From contig CAWBAT010000006.1 of assembly GCA_963786955.1 (NCBI GenBank), forward strand, positions 768,001-832,000: a DNA stretch of 64,000 nucleotides, written 5' to 3'. Shown here one piece after another: positions 29,110 to 38,895 of the stretch (position 1 is its first letter; each line of letters opens with the position of its first letter). A program made the translations under genes and the position numbers. The notes beneath the pieces were generated by a model that made no database searches, was not told where the DNA came from, and saw only the letters and a program-made list of their open reading frames with translations. The DNA is from an uncultured Acidimicrobiia bacterium. GTDB taxonomy: Bacteria > Acidobacteriota > Terriglobia > Versatilivoradales > Versatilivoraceae.

Positions 29110-31309
29110 TCACTTCATTAACAGTTTTAACAATCCGCCGGAAACATGAATCGCCGTCATGGCGTATGCGACTCGAGGCAAGTCTGCTCCTTTAGGATAA
29201 ACCAGATAGCGGCCTTCCCAACGAGGAGCGAATTTTTTCTTGAATTGGAAGAGGTTCTTATACCCGTAGAATGCATTCAAGTTTTCAAAAAGAAGCTCAA
29301 CACCACGCTCCAAGGTATCTGTAGGCCCTATCACATTGGCAAGAGGGGCATTGGCTAAGCTTGCCTCCGTACGACCCGAAGCCTTGAGCAGGAGCAGCGA
29401 ATGGGCCAGGAGAAAATCCATCGTCCCCGCAGCTGCGGTCTTACGCTTCCTCATAATATCCAATACTACCGCCTCTCCTCGACGGTAGGGCAACCAGGTA
29501 CAGAAGGCATCAATTTTCTCATTTTGCCCACAGATAAAGACCTGAAGCTCATTCAGCGCCTCGAGCGAGAAGCGCCCCAAGGTGAAACTCATTTCACCCA
29601 ATTTTTTTTCTCTCAGCCATTCCTGAGAAATATCTTCCAGCTGTTCGTCGAGCACAGCATCCGCATGGCACTTCCGCTCATACAGTCGAACCTCTGCTCC
29701 GGTTTTCGCTACTTTATTGACATGGGCTCGCAAATTTGCCCGCGCCCCGCCAGCCAAGCTAAATCCAGGAAGATCAATTAATGCCTCTTCGGCAATTTTC
29801 AATGATCGAAGTCCCACAGAATGATAGGCGGCGAGTCTGGATTCTGCAGCCTCATAAATGCAGGGGGTCCAGCCGTTCTTCCGGCAATATGTGAGAAATT
29901 CTTCAACGGCGCGGACAAATTCAACTTGCGGAGCCATTGGATCTCCACAAGCGATTGCAACTCCTTTTTGAGTCGCGTATGCCACCATCGCACTTCCACC
30001 GGCAATCAAAAGATGATTCTTGTCTGTCTGAATGGCAAAGGCAGAAAGAGATTGAACACCGTTCTGATCGAATATCTGTCGAATCTTATCCGGGGGGGCT
30101 TCCTGCCGATTACGCAGGATCACTGGCCGGAGCAGCATCACCAACAAATAAAAACGCGCAATCCAACCAGTGATTTCGAGAGAATTAAGGAATAGCAAGG
30201 CATGGGGAGTCTTGGGTATGAGCTTAAGTCCAGCGATGAGGATGCCGGCATCGAATGCTTGGTTCAGGGGGGTGGCGCCAGGAAGCCATTCAAACTTTTG
30301 ATAAAGATGCTGCAATCCTATGAACCCATACAAAAGCACAACCAGAGTCAGTAGGGGAAGCAGCAGCAGTGCTCTTCTCGCTGACACGGGGTCACTTCGT
30401 GCATAGAAGCGCCGTCTAAAATAAATCAAATAGCTTAACAACAAACCTGCGACGAGGGAATTGTGCAGATTCAATCCGCGGGTAATATGGAGCAAAAAGG
30501 ACACCGAAAGAGAGATGGTCGCCACATACCAGGCCAGCTCTTTCTCCTGGCCAGATTCCGTGTCACCTGCAGAAGAGCGACCCCTGCGAAAAGCATGAGC
30601 GGTCGGCTGTGCTGAGTGACTTCCAGGGGAAGCCAGCTCTCGACTGCTGCCATAGAATGCTGAGAGCGAGGCCAGATGGCTGAGACCAGATTGAGAAGTC
30701 CCATCACCCCCATTGCAAAAGGAGCCAGCAAGTGCAGATCGGCAGCTCGAAGATCCTCAACCCACTCCGCTCGCTTCAAGTGACGAATGAGCAGAACCGA
30801 TAGGGCTCCGATCAGGAACGTGAAAACGATCCAGAGCTCGTAGCGGTATGCCTCTGCAAGCAAGAGCTCTGCAGCGTGTCCGAAATAGAAGCCCAAGAGG
30901 GCTGTGGGGACTGCCCAGATTATGCTGGCGAGCAAGTTAATCAGGCAGAACTGAACTGGCGCCATGCCCAAGGCGCCGCAAGCGGCAGGAATGATGATCC
31001 TGAACCCAAAGGCGAAACGACTGGCCAGGAGGAGCCAATACGCATACCGCGACATCAGGCTCAGACAACGGTGATAGTGCGGGTTCTGCTGGAAGCGACG
31101 ATCCAGCCACTTTCGACCGCGAACTCGAGCAATCGCAAAATAAATCTGGTCCGCCGCGGAGTTGGAGAGGACTGCTGTCAGAATGACCAGCCCGAGGCGG
31201 AATACCCCCGATGCGCCAAGTAGGAACCGGCAAGCAGAAAGGCTTCTCCCTCGATGGCAACGCCGAAGAAGAGAATCAGGTAACCATACTTTAACAGGAG
31301 AAATTCCAT
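29110..31309 (-). CDS. mprF: DedA (VTT) domain fused to an MprF-like aminoacyl-PG synthase (TM + DUF2156); 2 single-base frameshifts
   Basis: KYGYLILFFGVAIEGE, ADQIYF, SRFAFGFRI (DedA); AIACGDP, KIAEEA, FTLGRF, VLDIMR, GTMDFL, YGYKNLFQFKKKFAPRWEGRYL (synthase). Adding 1 nt near 31201 and 1 nt near 30542 gives one ORF of about 733 aa. Confidence 0.8.
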
Positions 31310-31355
31310 AGGCTTGGACGAATCGAGATGATGCGCTCGCGCAGATCTGTAAGTT

Positions 31356-32314
31356 CTAATCAACCAAGAACGCTAGCACCGTTTGATCGTCCCTCCAATC
31401 ATTCACGCCAATGGGTCCAACCCCTATTCACCAATTTTAATATGATTCACAAATCCCCTGTGGATTTTGATCCTGAGACTTTCTTAGGATTGCTCCTCGC
31501 AGGAATTCTGGCAAGGAATCGGCTTCTATCGGGAGAACTTCACCGATCCCGTCGGTAAAGAGGACACCCAGAGCCCCGCCTTCGAAAGACAATGTGCATT
31601 TTTGATAATCGCTGTTTGGGAACATACCGGGCAGGGGTGCCGCCGCGATCGAGAAGATGATCGCCGTCGTGGCTAAAGACAATTCCAGGGGGGTGACCGG
31701 CATTGACATAGGTCAATGATTTTTCTCGAGAATTAATGACCCCTAGGGTACAAGTCAGATAAACAACCCCCTGATGTTCGGCATAGAAGGCTGAGGAGAT
31801 CTTGCCTAATAGATCTGAAGGATCGTGGGTCTCTCTCGAAACATTCGGAAAAGGGTTCGTATCGAAGTCAGCGTTAACGCTGCCGGTATGCCTTTGCCTG
31901 AGATGTCTGCGTCAGCACGAGATAGGTGTTCGGATCGAGCGATATGAAGTCATAGAAATCTCCCCCAATCTTTCCGGCGGGTTTGAGGACTGCTCCCCAG
32001 CGAATCTCGTTAGTGCGAGATGGTATCTCCGGCAGTAGATTCCTTTGAATATCGGCGGCTACAGATAGTTCTGTCTCGATAGCAATCTGTTTTCTTTCGG
32101 CTTCAATCAGACTCAGTCGGGTAGCCTTTAAGTTCATCCAGACGAATGTGATAACACCCAGGAGTAGTGATAACACGACATCACTTATCCAGGTTAGCTC
32201 GATCAAACTCGGATGAAAGGCCTGGATAAATGAACGTTCAATCGCGTTTGCCCCGACGTAGGCAACCAGAACCGTCGCGAGAGAGATCAGAAGTTCTGGG
32301 TACCGATTCTTCAT
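31356..32314 (-). pseudogene. membrane PP2C/SpoIIE (RsbU-like) phosphatase with several frameshifts
   Basis: 2 TM; ELSVAADIQ.LLP, GGDFYDF, ADISGKGIPAA, YVNAGHPP, LFTDGIGE and DDQTVL spread over shifting frames. Confidence 0.8.
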
Positions 32315-32357
32315 AACGGAACGTACCCTGCATTGAGCAAGGATGAATCGGGGTGGC

Positions 32358-35300
32358 TTATTCCAACCGGCGGGTATTTTGCTCAAGCTTGCTGCGCCTG
32401 CGACTGGCCAACAAATAATAGAGGGACGGCAATGCCAGCAGAGTCAATAACAGGGTAGATAAAAGCCCCCCAACCACCACGGTCGCCAGAGGGCGCTGCA
32501 CGTCTGAACCAATTCCCGTGGCTCTTGCCGCCGGGACCATGCCGAGCAAGGCAACCACAATCATCATCAATACGGGCCGCATCTGTGCACAAGCTCCTTG
32601 AATCACGGCTTGTTCGACGGAAATGTCGCCCGCTCGGCGCCTGAAGCGGTTAATTTCAGACACCATGAGCACACCACTCATCACGGCGACGCCAAACAAG
32701 GAAATAAATCCAACCGCAGCGGAAACACTCAGATTAATATTTCGCAAATACAAAAAGACAATACCGCCCACGAGTGAGAACGGAACATTCATCAACACCA
32801 GCCCGGCATGCCCTGCCGAACCAAACGTAAAAAAAAGGAGGGCGAATATGATCGCAATCGTTATGGGAAGAATAATGGCCAGACGGTTTCGGGCTCTTTG
32901 CAGGTTCTCAAATTGGCCGCCCCACTCCACACGATAACCTTGTGGAAGTTTAATCGTCGAACGGAATTTTTTCTGGGCCTCCGCAACGAAGCTGCCCTGG
33001 TCACGTCCCCGAATGTTCGTGCGCACGGAAATCATTCGCTTATTCTCTCGCCGGGCAATGATCGAAGCGCCAGCGGCCACCTTGATTTCGGCCAACTGGA
33101 AGAGCGGGACTCTTCCTCCTTCGCGGGTCGGAATCAAAATATTCCCGATAGCATTCGAATCGGCACGAGCCTCCGGCGGATAGCGGACGGTAATTTCAAA
33201 TCGACGTTCTCCTTCAAAAAGCGTCGTCACGGCTCGCCCCCCGATGGCCAGCTCAATGACGTCTTGAACATCACGGACATTAATCCCGTAGCGAGCGACT
33301 TCCTGACGATTGATTTGGATCCTCAACTGGGCTTGGTCCGATTCTTGTTCTATCGCCGCGTCTGCAGATCCTGGAACTTTTTCTAATAGCATGAGACTAT
33401 CTTGAGCAATCTGCCGCAACACCTTCAAGTCAGGCCCGGCGATAATGACAGCCAAATCGGCAGGTGAACCGGTGACCGCTTCCGTGACGTTATCAATGAT
33501 TGGTTGGGTGAAGCTGAAGGAAGCTCCCGGCACTTCATCCCGCAACTTCGCGGCTAGCTCTTCCACCAGGGCAGCTTTATTCATTCCTGGTTTCCAGCTT
33601 TCATAGGGATTCAGAGGAACAAAGATCTCATTGCGATTGGGACCATAGGGGTCTGTTCCAGAGTCGTTTCGACCACTTTGGGAACTGACCATTTTCACCT
33701 CGGGGGATTGTCTAACGAGTCCTCGAACCCGATTGGCGACTTCGGCCGACTTGACGAGCGAAATGCCCGGTGTTAGATTGGCACGAATCCAGATGACTCC
33801 TTCATCTAATTGAGGAAGAAATTCCGTGCCCAGGAAAGATCCCAAAAGGAAGGCGAACAAAACGATGCCCATGGATGAAGCCACAACAAGTCTGGAGCGG
33901 GAGATGGTTCGATTCAAGACGACTTGATAGACCTTGTAGAGCCAGGTGACCACCGGATTTTCCCAGGTCTTTACCCCGTTACGAAAAAGATACGTCGCCA
34001 GGACCGGAATCAGCGTAAGTGCCATCAGCATTGACCCAAGAAGCGCAAAGCAGACAGTGAAGGCCATTGGTGTAAAGAGACGGCGCTCGACTCGTTCGAG
34101 TGTAAACAGGGGGATATAGGCGGCAATAATGATCAGTAACGAAAAAAAGATAGGACGCTCGACTTCCAGGGCAGCATCACGAATGGTGTCTATAATTCTT
34201 CCCCGCCGCTCCTGCGATTGATTTTCCGATAGCCTATGAACAATATGCTCTACCATCACCAGAGTTCCGTCGACGATGATTCCGAAATCCAACGCCCCCA
34301 AGCTGAGGAGGTTGGCAGGGATTCCGCTAAAGTGCATACAGACAAACGCAAAAAGCAGGGAGAGTGGGATGGTCAACGCAGTCAATAGGGCAGCCCGAAC
34401 ACTTCCCAGAAAGAGGAAGAGGATCGCAATCACAATGACCAACCCTTCCAACAAGGTATGGGAGACTGTGTGCAGGGTATTTGAGACCAGCTCTGTCCGA
34501 TCGTAAATGGGCACAATTCGAATTCCTGCGGGGAGGCGCGTGGAATTCAGCTCTTCGGTAGCTTCATGAATACCATTTAACACCTCGGAAGGATTTTCCC
34601 CCCGCCGCATCAAGACAATACCTTCCACCCCATTCGATTTATTGTTGAGTCCAAAGATTCCCGTTGGAATTGCAGCCCCGATCTTCACCCTCCCCACATC
34701 TCGCACAAAAACCGGCACACCTTTGGACTCCGTGATGACAATGCTTTCAATATCACTGACCGACTGGAGCAAGCCGACACCCCGGATCACCATGGCCTGT
34801 TGGCGATTATCCAGCATTGCCCCCCCGGCATTTTGATTATTGGAATTGACTGCCTGGGCAATCTGGCTGATCGAAAGGTCGTATTTCGAGAGGGCGAGCG
34901 GGTCAATTTCGATTTGATACTGCTTAATCAGCCCTCCGAAGGGAGCAACATCTGCAACCCCGGAAACCTGAAGAAAACGCGGGGCAATGACCCAGTCCTG
35001 TAATTCCCGCAACTGCATGGCATCCGCATTGTCTCCTTCAAGTGAGTATCGATACAACTCTCCTATCGGAGTCGACAGTGGCCCGAGGGTTGGAGTCACT
35101 CCGTCCGGCAGGTCTGCATCACGCAAACGTTCCAGAGTCACTTGTCTGGCAAAGTAATCATCCGTCCCATAAGAAAAGGTCAATTCGACTACAGACAAAC
35201 CGAAAATCGTTCTGGACCGGCGGGCGATCACATTGGGGGTATTGTTGAGCGCTCGCTCGATGGGTATCGTAATCTGCTGCTCAACCTCTTCGGCGGCATG

Positions 35301-35465
35301 CCCCGGATAGAGGGTGATCACAACGGCCTGAGTATCGGAAATGTCCGGGTAAGCCTCGATCTTAAGTTGAAGATAGGCCCATATTCCCAAGCCTATGAGC
35401 GCTAACCCCATCAATAGGGCCAAGAATCTTTGACGTAATGCAATCCGCAAGAGCTTAGCAATCAT
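32358..35465 (-). CDS. czcA: CusA/CzcA family heavy-metal-type RND efflux permease
   Basis: IEAYPDIS, YDRTELV, ANLLSLGALDFGIIVDG, TEFLPQLDEG, WGGQFEN, GSDVQRPLATVVVGG; 1035 aa. Confidence 0.92.
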   Translation of the reverse strand: MIAKLLRIALRQRFLALLMGLALIGLGIWAYLQLKIEAYPDISDTQAVVITLYPGHAAEEVEQQITIPIERALNNTPNVIARRSRTIFGLSVVELTFSYGTDDYFARQVTLERLRDADLPDGVTPTLGPLSTPIGELYRYSLEGDNADAMQLRELQDWVIAPRFLQVSGVADVAPFGGLIKQYQIEIDPLALSKYDLSISQIAQAVNSNNQNAGGAMLDNRQQAMVIRGVGLLQSVSDIESIVITESKGVPVFVRDVGRVKIGAAIPTGIFGLNNKSNGVEGIVLMRRGENPSEVLNGIHEATEELNSTRLPAGIRIVPIYDRTELVSNTLHTVSHTLLEGLVIVIAILFLFLGSVRAALLTALTIPLSLLFAFVCMHFSGIPANLLSLGALDFGIIVDGTLVMVEHIVHRLSENQSQERRGRIIDTIRDAALEVERPIFFSLLIIIAAYIPLFTLERVERRLFTPMAFTVCFALLGSMLMALTLIPVLATYLFRNGVKTWENPVVTWLYKVYQVVLNRTISRSRLVVASSMGIVLFAFLLGSFLGTEFLPQLDEGVIWIRANLTPGISLVKSAEVANRVRGLVRQSPEVKMVSSQSGRNDSGTDPYGPNRNEIFVPLNPYESWKPGMNKAALVEELAAKLRDEVPGASFSFTQPIIDNVTEAVTGSPADLAVIIAGPDLKVLRQIAQDSLMLLEKVPGSADAAIEQESDQAQLRIQINRQEVARYGINVRDVQDVIELAIGGRAVTTLFEGERRFEITVRYPPEARADSNAIGNILIPTREGGRVPLFQLAEIKVAAGASIIARRENKRMISVRTNIRGRDQGSFVAEAQKKFRSTIKLPQGYRVEWGGQFENLQRARNRLAIILPITIAIIFALLFFTFGSAGHAGLVLMNVPFSLVGGIVFLYLRNINLSVSAAVGFISLFGVAVMSGVLMVSEINRFRRRAGDISVEQAVIQGACAQMRPVLMMIVVALLGMVPAARATGIGSDVQRPLATVVVGGLLSTLLLTLLALPSLYYLLASRRRSKLEQNTRRLE

Positions 35466-35505
35466 CTAATCGATCCTGATTCTGAATGGGATAGCCCCAG
35501 TTATG

Positions 35506-35820
35506 TTAAGTGAGGACTTCAACATCCAGCATTACCATGAGGCTGTCCCCCACCATGCCTCTGATCTCTCCAAGAAAGGGACGTAATTTGGCCTCTTCTT
35601 CGACGACACTGATGGTAACCGGGCGATCATCCGAAATCCCAAAGAGCCGCTTGTGGTGAACCCTTTGCTGGAACCCATAGCCCATAATCCCCCGATGTAC
35701 AGTGGCACCTGAAATGCCGTGCTGGAGGAGGCGACGGACAATCGCCTCATAGACGGGTAAGTCCTCCCACACATCGGTTTCATCCAAATAAATGAGGAGG
35801 AGCTTGACGTTTTGAATCAT
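35506..35820 (-). CDS. DUF190 (PII-like fold) protein
   Basis: LLIYLDETD, YEAIV, GISGATVHRGIMGYG, SDDRPV. Confidence 0.88.
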   Translation of the reverse strand: MIQNVKLLLIYLDETDVWEDLPVYEAIVRRLLQHGISGATVHRGIMGYGFQQRVHHKRLFGISDDRPVTISVVEEEAKLRPFLGEIRGMVGDSLMVMLDVEVLT

Positions 35821-35858
35821 ATTTTAGAGACTCCTTTTCCCTGCTGGCCAGGAAATGC

Positions 35859-37016
35859 CTACTGACTCTTGAGGAGCATCACACCATCGACAACGATTCG
35901 AACTCCGGGCTTCAGTCCGCTGATTACCGGAAGCTTCTCCCCTTCCCTTTTTCCTAACGTCACCGTGGTTTGCCGGAAGCGGCCAGGACCTTCTTCCACA
36001 TAAATGATCGATTGTCCGTCCCCCTGGACTACCGCCCCCATGGGAACCACAGGGACTTTTCGATAATCCTCACTATGACGTATCTGGGCAAACATCTCGG
36101 GGCGAAATCGACCGTGAAAGTTATCTAATTCCGCTCGTACCTTGACAGTTCGGGTTTGTGGGTCCACGGTATCGGCAATACGGGTTACTCTCCCGGGGAA
36201 TTTTTCATCGGGAAAAGCAAGCAGTGTTATTTCTACTTTCTCGCCCACATCGATGAAGCGAATATAACTCTCCGGCACATCTGAAGAGACCCAAAGAGTG
36301 CCGAAATCGGCTACTGTCATGACTGGAGTGGTCGTGTCGTTTCGGTATTCCCCCGGAACAATGCTCGTTTCCAGAATTTTTCCACCAATCGGAGAACGAA
36401 CAACAACCTTTTGCCCAAAACTTCCCGGCTTCAAGCCTAGAATTTCCAGCCTGCGCTGAGCCTGTTCTTTCACTGCATGAGCCTGCTCAACTGCCGCTTT
36501 GGCTTGTACCAAGGAATTTTCAGCACTTAAGACTTCCTTCTTGGCAATGGCATTGTGCTCATAAAGGTCGGTGGCTCGATCAAAATCAGCCTGAGATTTC
36601 ACGAGGCTTGATTTGGATTGCGTTAAGCTTGCATCCGCCTGCAAATAAATTGCCTCGGCTGCATCCGCATCGGGACTTTCCACAGTTAATAAAGCTTGAC
36701 CCGACGAAACACTGTCACCAATTTTTACCGAAACAGAAGTAATCCTCCCGGTAACGGGCAGTACAATTCGGGAGACTCGATTGGGATTGACCTCTAGTTT
36801 TCCGGGTGAAATCACTTCATTCGCAGGCAGGTCGGCGCTCTCCACTGTTTCGATCCGGATGCTGGCTAACTTAGGGGAGTCCGGGGAGATGACCACGAGC
36901 CCTGGGGTTGCCAAAGATGGAGGAGGAGAAGAGACGGTGCTCGGCTCTTTTCCTGCTGAACAGGCGCCCAGTAACAGCAGAGTGGTCCAAACTATGAGGT
37001 AATGGATTCTTTTCAC
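35859..37016 (-). CDS. RND efflux membrane fusion protein (CzcB-like lipoprotein)
   Basis: Lipobox LLGA-C, VTGRI, VRSPIGG, VDPQTRTVKVR, FRPEMFA. Confidence 0.92.
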   Translation of the reverse strand: MKRIHYLIVWTTLLLLGACSAGKEPSTVSSPPPSLATPGLVVISPDSPKLASIRIETVESADLPANEVISPGKLEVNPNRVSRIVLPVTGRITSVSVKIGDSVSSGQALLTVESPDADAAEAIYLQADASLTQSKSSLVKSQADFDRATDLYEHNAIAKKEVLSAENSLVQAKAAVEQAHAVKEQAQRRLEILGLKPGSFGQKVVVRSPIGGKILETSIVPGEYRNDTTTPVMTVADFGTLWVSSDVPESYIRFIDVGEKVEITLLAFPDEKFPGRVTRIADTVDPQTRTVKVRAELDNFHGRFRPEMFAQIRHSEDYRKVPVVPMGAVVQGDGQSIIYVEEGPGRFRQTTVTLGKREGEKLPVISGLKPGVRIVVDGVMLLKSQ

Positions 37017-38290
37017 GGGGTGACGGCCTTTCCTGAAATGGAGTCTGTCAGGTACAAGCTGCGAGCAAACTCAGCCCGCGCTTCGTTATAACTCTGCATC
37101 GTGTCATTAAATGCCCGCTGGGCGTCGAGGAACTCCACCAAGCTGGCCTCCCCCCGGCGGTAGGAATATTCCATGGTCTGGCGGACATCGCGGGCCTGTT
37201 GGAGCATGTTCGTTTCAATCCCTTTGAGTAAATCCCGGGCCGTCTCAAATCGCAGGTAGGCATTTTCCACCTCGATCTGGATGGCTGCCTTGAAGGTTTG
37301 AATGCGGGCCTCGATCTGGCGCTGCTCTTGACGCGCACGTTCAATTTCCCCTTGATTGCGGTTAAACACAGGAATGGGTGTACTGAAGAAAAACCCCATC
37401 GCATTGGCAGCGGGAACGGCATTCCCATATTGGCGGTGATATTCAGTGCCGACCGTATAGTCCACTTTCCCCTGAGCCATTTGTAATTTCACATCCGCTG
37501 CGGATCGAGACTCGTCCCGTGTCAAAGCTTGAAGGTCGGGGCGCAATTGGAAAGCTTCCTGGCGAATGGATTCCATATCCGCGGGGAGATCATCCCGTCG
37601 AAAATCTCCGGCAATTTCAAAATCAGGCTGAGGTACAGCCCGGCCCATCAGAGACTGAAGACGGTTTCGAGCCATGCGCAAGTTGGCTTCCTGTTGCCGA
37701 ACCGCGTTTTGAAACTGCAGCGCGGCCAGCTTGGATCGAACCAGCTCAACTTCCGCGAGATCTCCAGCTTTGACTTTAGCGGTGTTGATCGCCACGATTT
37801 CGTCAAAAGCCTTCAGGTTTTCTGCAGCCAAAGCCAGATTTGCCTTTGTCAATAGGAGCTCCGCAATCGCGTTCTGCACATCGAGAATCAAAAGCCGGGT
37901 CGCGTTCAGCAATTGCAGTTCGGCCACCGCCTTGGCATTGTCGGCAACTTCCATCCGGTGTTGCCGCTTGCCGCCTCGTTCCAAAAGAAAATCGACCCGG
38001 AAATTCACCTCAGGAGGACCCGCATTCCAATTGAGGTTATTTGCAAACCCGCTTCCCAGGATGTCTTGATAATCAGCGTCAGCCGTGAAAACCGGATTTG
38101 GGCGAAGGCGCGCGGTAATTCGGCGTGCGTCAGCGATACTCAAGTTGTAGCGTTCGGCCATTAGACTTAGATTCTTTTCGACCGCCTCCCGTGTCACTTG
38201 TCCAATGGTCCAGGGCGCTTCTTGACGTCCCTGAGCGAAAAGAGTAGAGGAACAGAAGAGGATCAAAAGAATTCCGAAATACATGCGCAT
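37013..38290 (-). CDS. TolC/CzcC family outer membrane factor
   Basis: Signal peptide, LRPNP, ERGGKRQHR, RPDL, PVFNRNQG, YRRGEASLVEFLDAQR. Confidence 0.92.
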   Translation of the reverse strand: MRMYFGILLILFCSSTLFAQGRQEAPWTIGQVTREAVEKNLSLMAERYNLSIADARRITARLRPNPVFTADADYQDILGSGFANNLNWNAGPPEVNFRVDFLLERGGKRQHRMEVADNAKAVAELQLLNATRLLILDVQNAIAELLLTKANLALAAENLKAFDEIVAINTAKVKAGDLAEVELVRSKLAALQFQNAVRQQEANLRMARNRLQSLMGRAVPQPDFEIAGDFRRDDLPADMESIRQEAFQLRPDLQALTRDESRSAADVKLQMAQGKVDYTVGTEYHRQYGNAVPAANAMGFFFSTPIPVFNRNQGEIERARQEQRQIEARIQTFKAAIQIEVENAYLRFETARDLLKGIETNMLQQARDVRQTMEYSYRRGEASLVEFLDAQRAFNDTMQSYNEARAEFARSLYLTDSISGKAVTP

Positions 38291-38345
38291 CCACTAGACC
38301 CCCAATAAACAATGCACTATTGTGACCAGTTATCGATTTAGCACT

Positions 38346-38362
38346 TGCTCAAGAATCGCCAA
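38346..38362 (-). promoter_or_regulatory. possible secondary sigma54 promoter upstream of the TolC gene
   Basis: TTGGCGATTCTTGAGCA: GG-N10-GC, but with a weak -12 element (GAGC). Confidence 0.3.
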
Positions 38363-38444
38363 CCTCGTTCCAAAAGATATGAAAAAACAGAAGGAAGATC
38401 GCACGGCATTTCACTCCACCACCTTGGCACCTAAAGGTCCAGGG

Positions 38445-38615
38445 TTACTGAAGCCGTCCATCATGATCCCCTTCCTTTTCAGTGAGTCCCCTCTTGAAAG
38501 AAGAAATCCCTTCACCCAGTGATTTCCCGATTGAAGGGAGCTTTTTCGGGCCGAGAATGATCAAAGCGATGACTAAAATGATGACGAGTTCAGGCACTCC
38601 AATTTGACCCAGCAA
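38445..38615 (-). CDS. tatA: twin-arginine translocase TatA/TatE subunit (solo copy)
   Basis: GQIGVPELVIILVIALIILGPKKLPSIGKSLGEGISSFK; TTG start at 38615 after RBS GAGGAGG. Confidence 0.9.
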   Translation of the reverse strand: MLGQIGVPELVIILVIALIILGPKKLPSIGKSLGEGISSFKRGLTEKEGDHDGRLQ

Positions 38616-38686
38616 TCTTTTTTCCTCCTCTCTAATTCGGTGCTCGACGAACCAGCCGAGTGAAAGGTTTCCCGAGAGCAACTCAG

Positions 38687-38703
38687 AGCAAAAGACTCTC
38701 CAA
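38687..38703 (-). promoter_or_regulatory. sigma54 (-24/-12) promoter for the tatA-RND-MprF operon
   Basis: Minus strand TTGGAGAGTCTTTTGCT (GG-N10-GC); IHF-like TAAACAATTGCTT at 38744-38756. Confidence 0.65.
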
Positions 38704-38790
38704 TCCTCTCGGATATTTCTTAACCCCTTATTTGTCTTACCTTAAGCAATTGTTTATTGGTTTTCTGGTTGGTTCGGAAGGCTTTTATGA

Positions 38791-38826
38791 TGGGGCAAGA
38801 ATGCGTCGGGAATCAAAAGTGTCACA
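38791..38826. promoter_or_regulatory. putative tandem upstream activator sites
   Basis: TGGGGCA...TGTCACA half-sites resembling TGCCCCA/TGCCTCA at 26522-26555, about 90 bp upstream of the sigma54 site. Confidence 0.45.
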
Positions 38827-38895
38827 GTATTTATCAACTACCGTCGCAGACTTATTCAAGGGATAGCACAAGAACGCAATGCTCATAGTAGATAA

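Noticed and set aside
38302-38760. 12-bp inverted repeat CCAATAAACAAT flanking tatA, as an invertible switch
   Set aside because: Short and AT-rich, no recombinase nearby, and one copy overlaps an IHF-like site; chance is plausible
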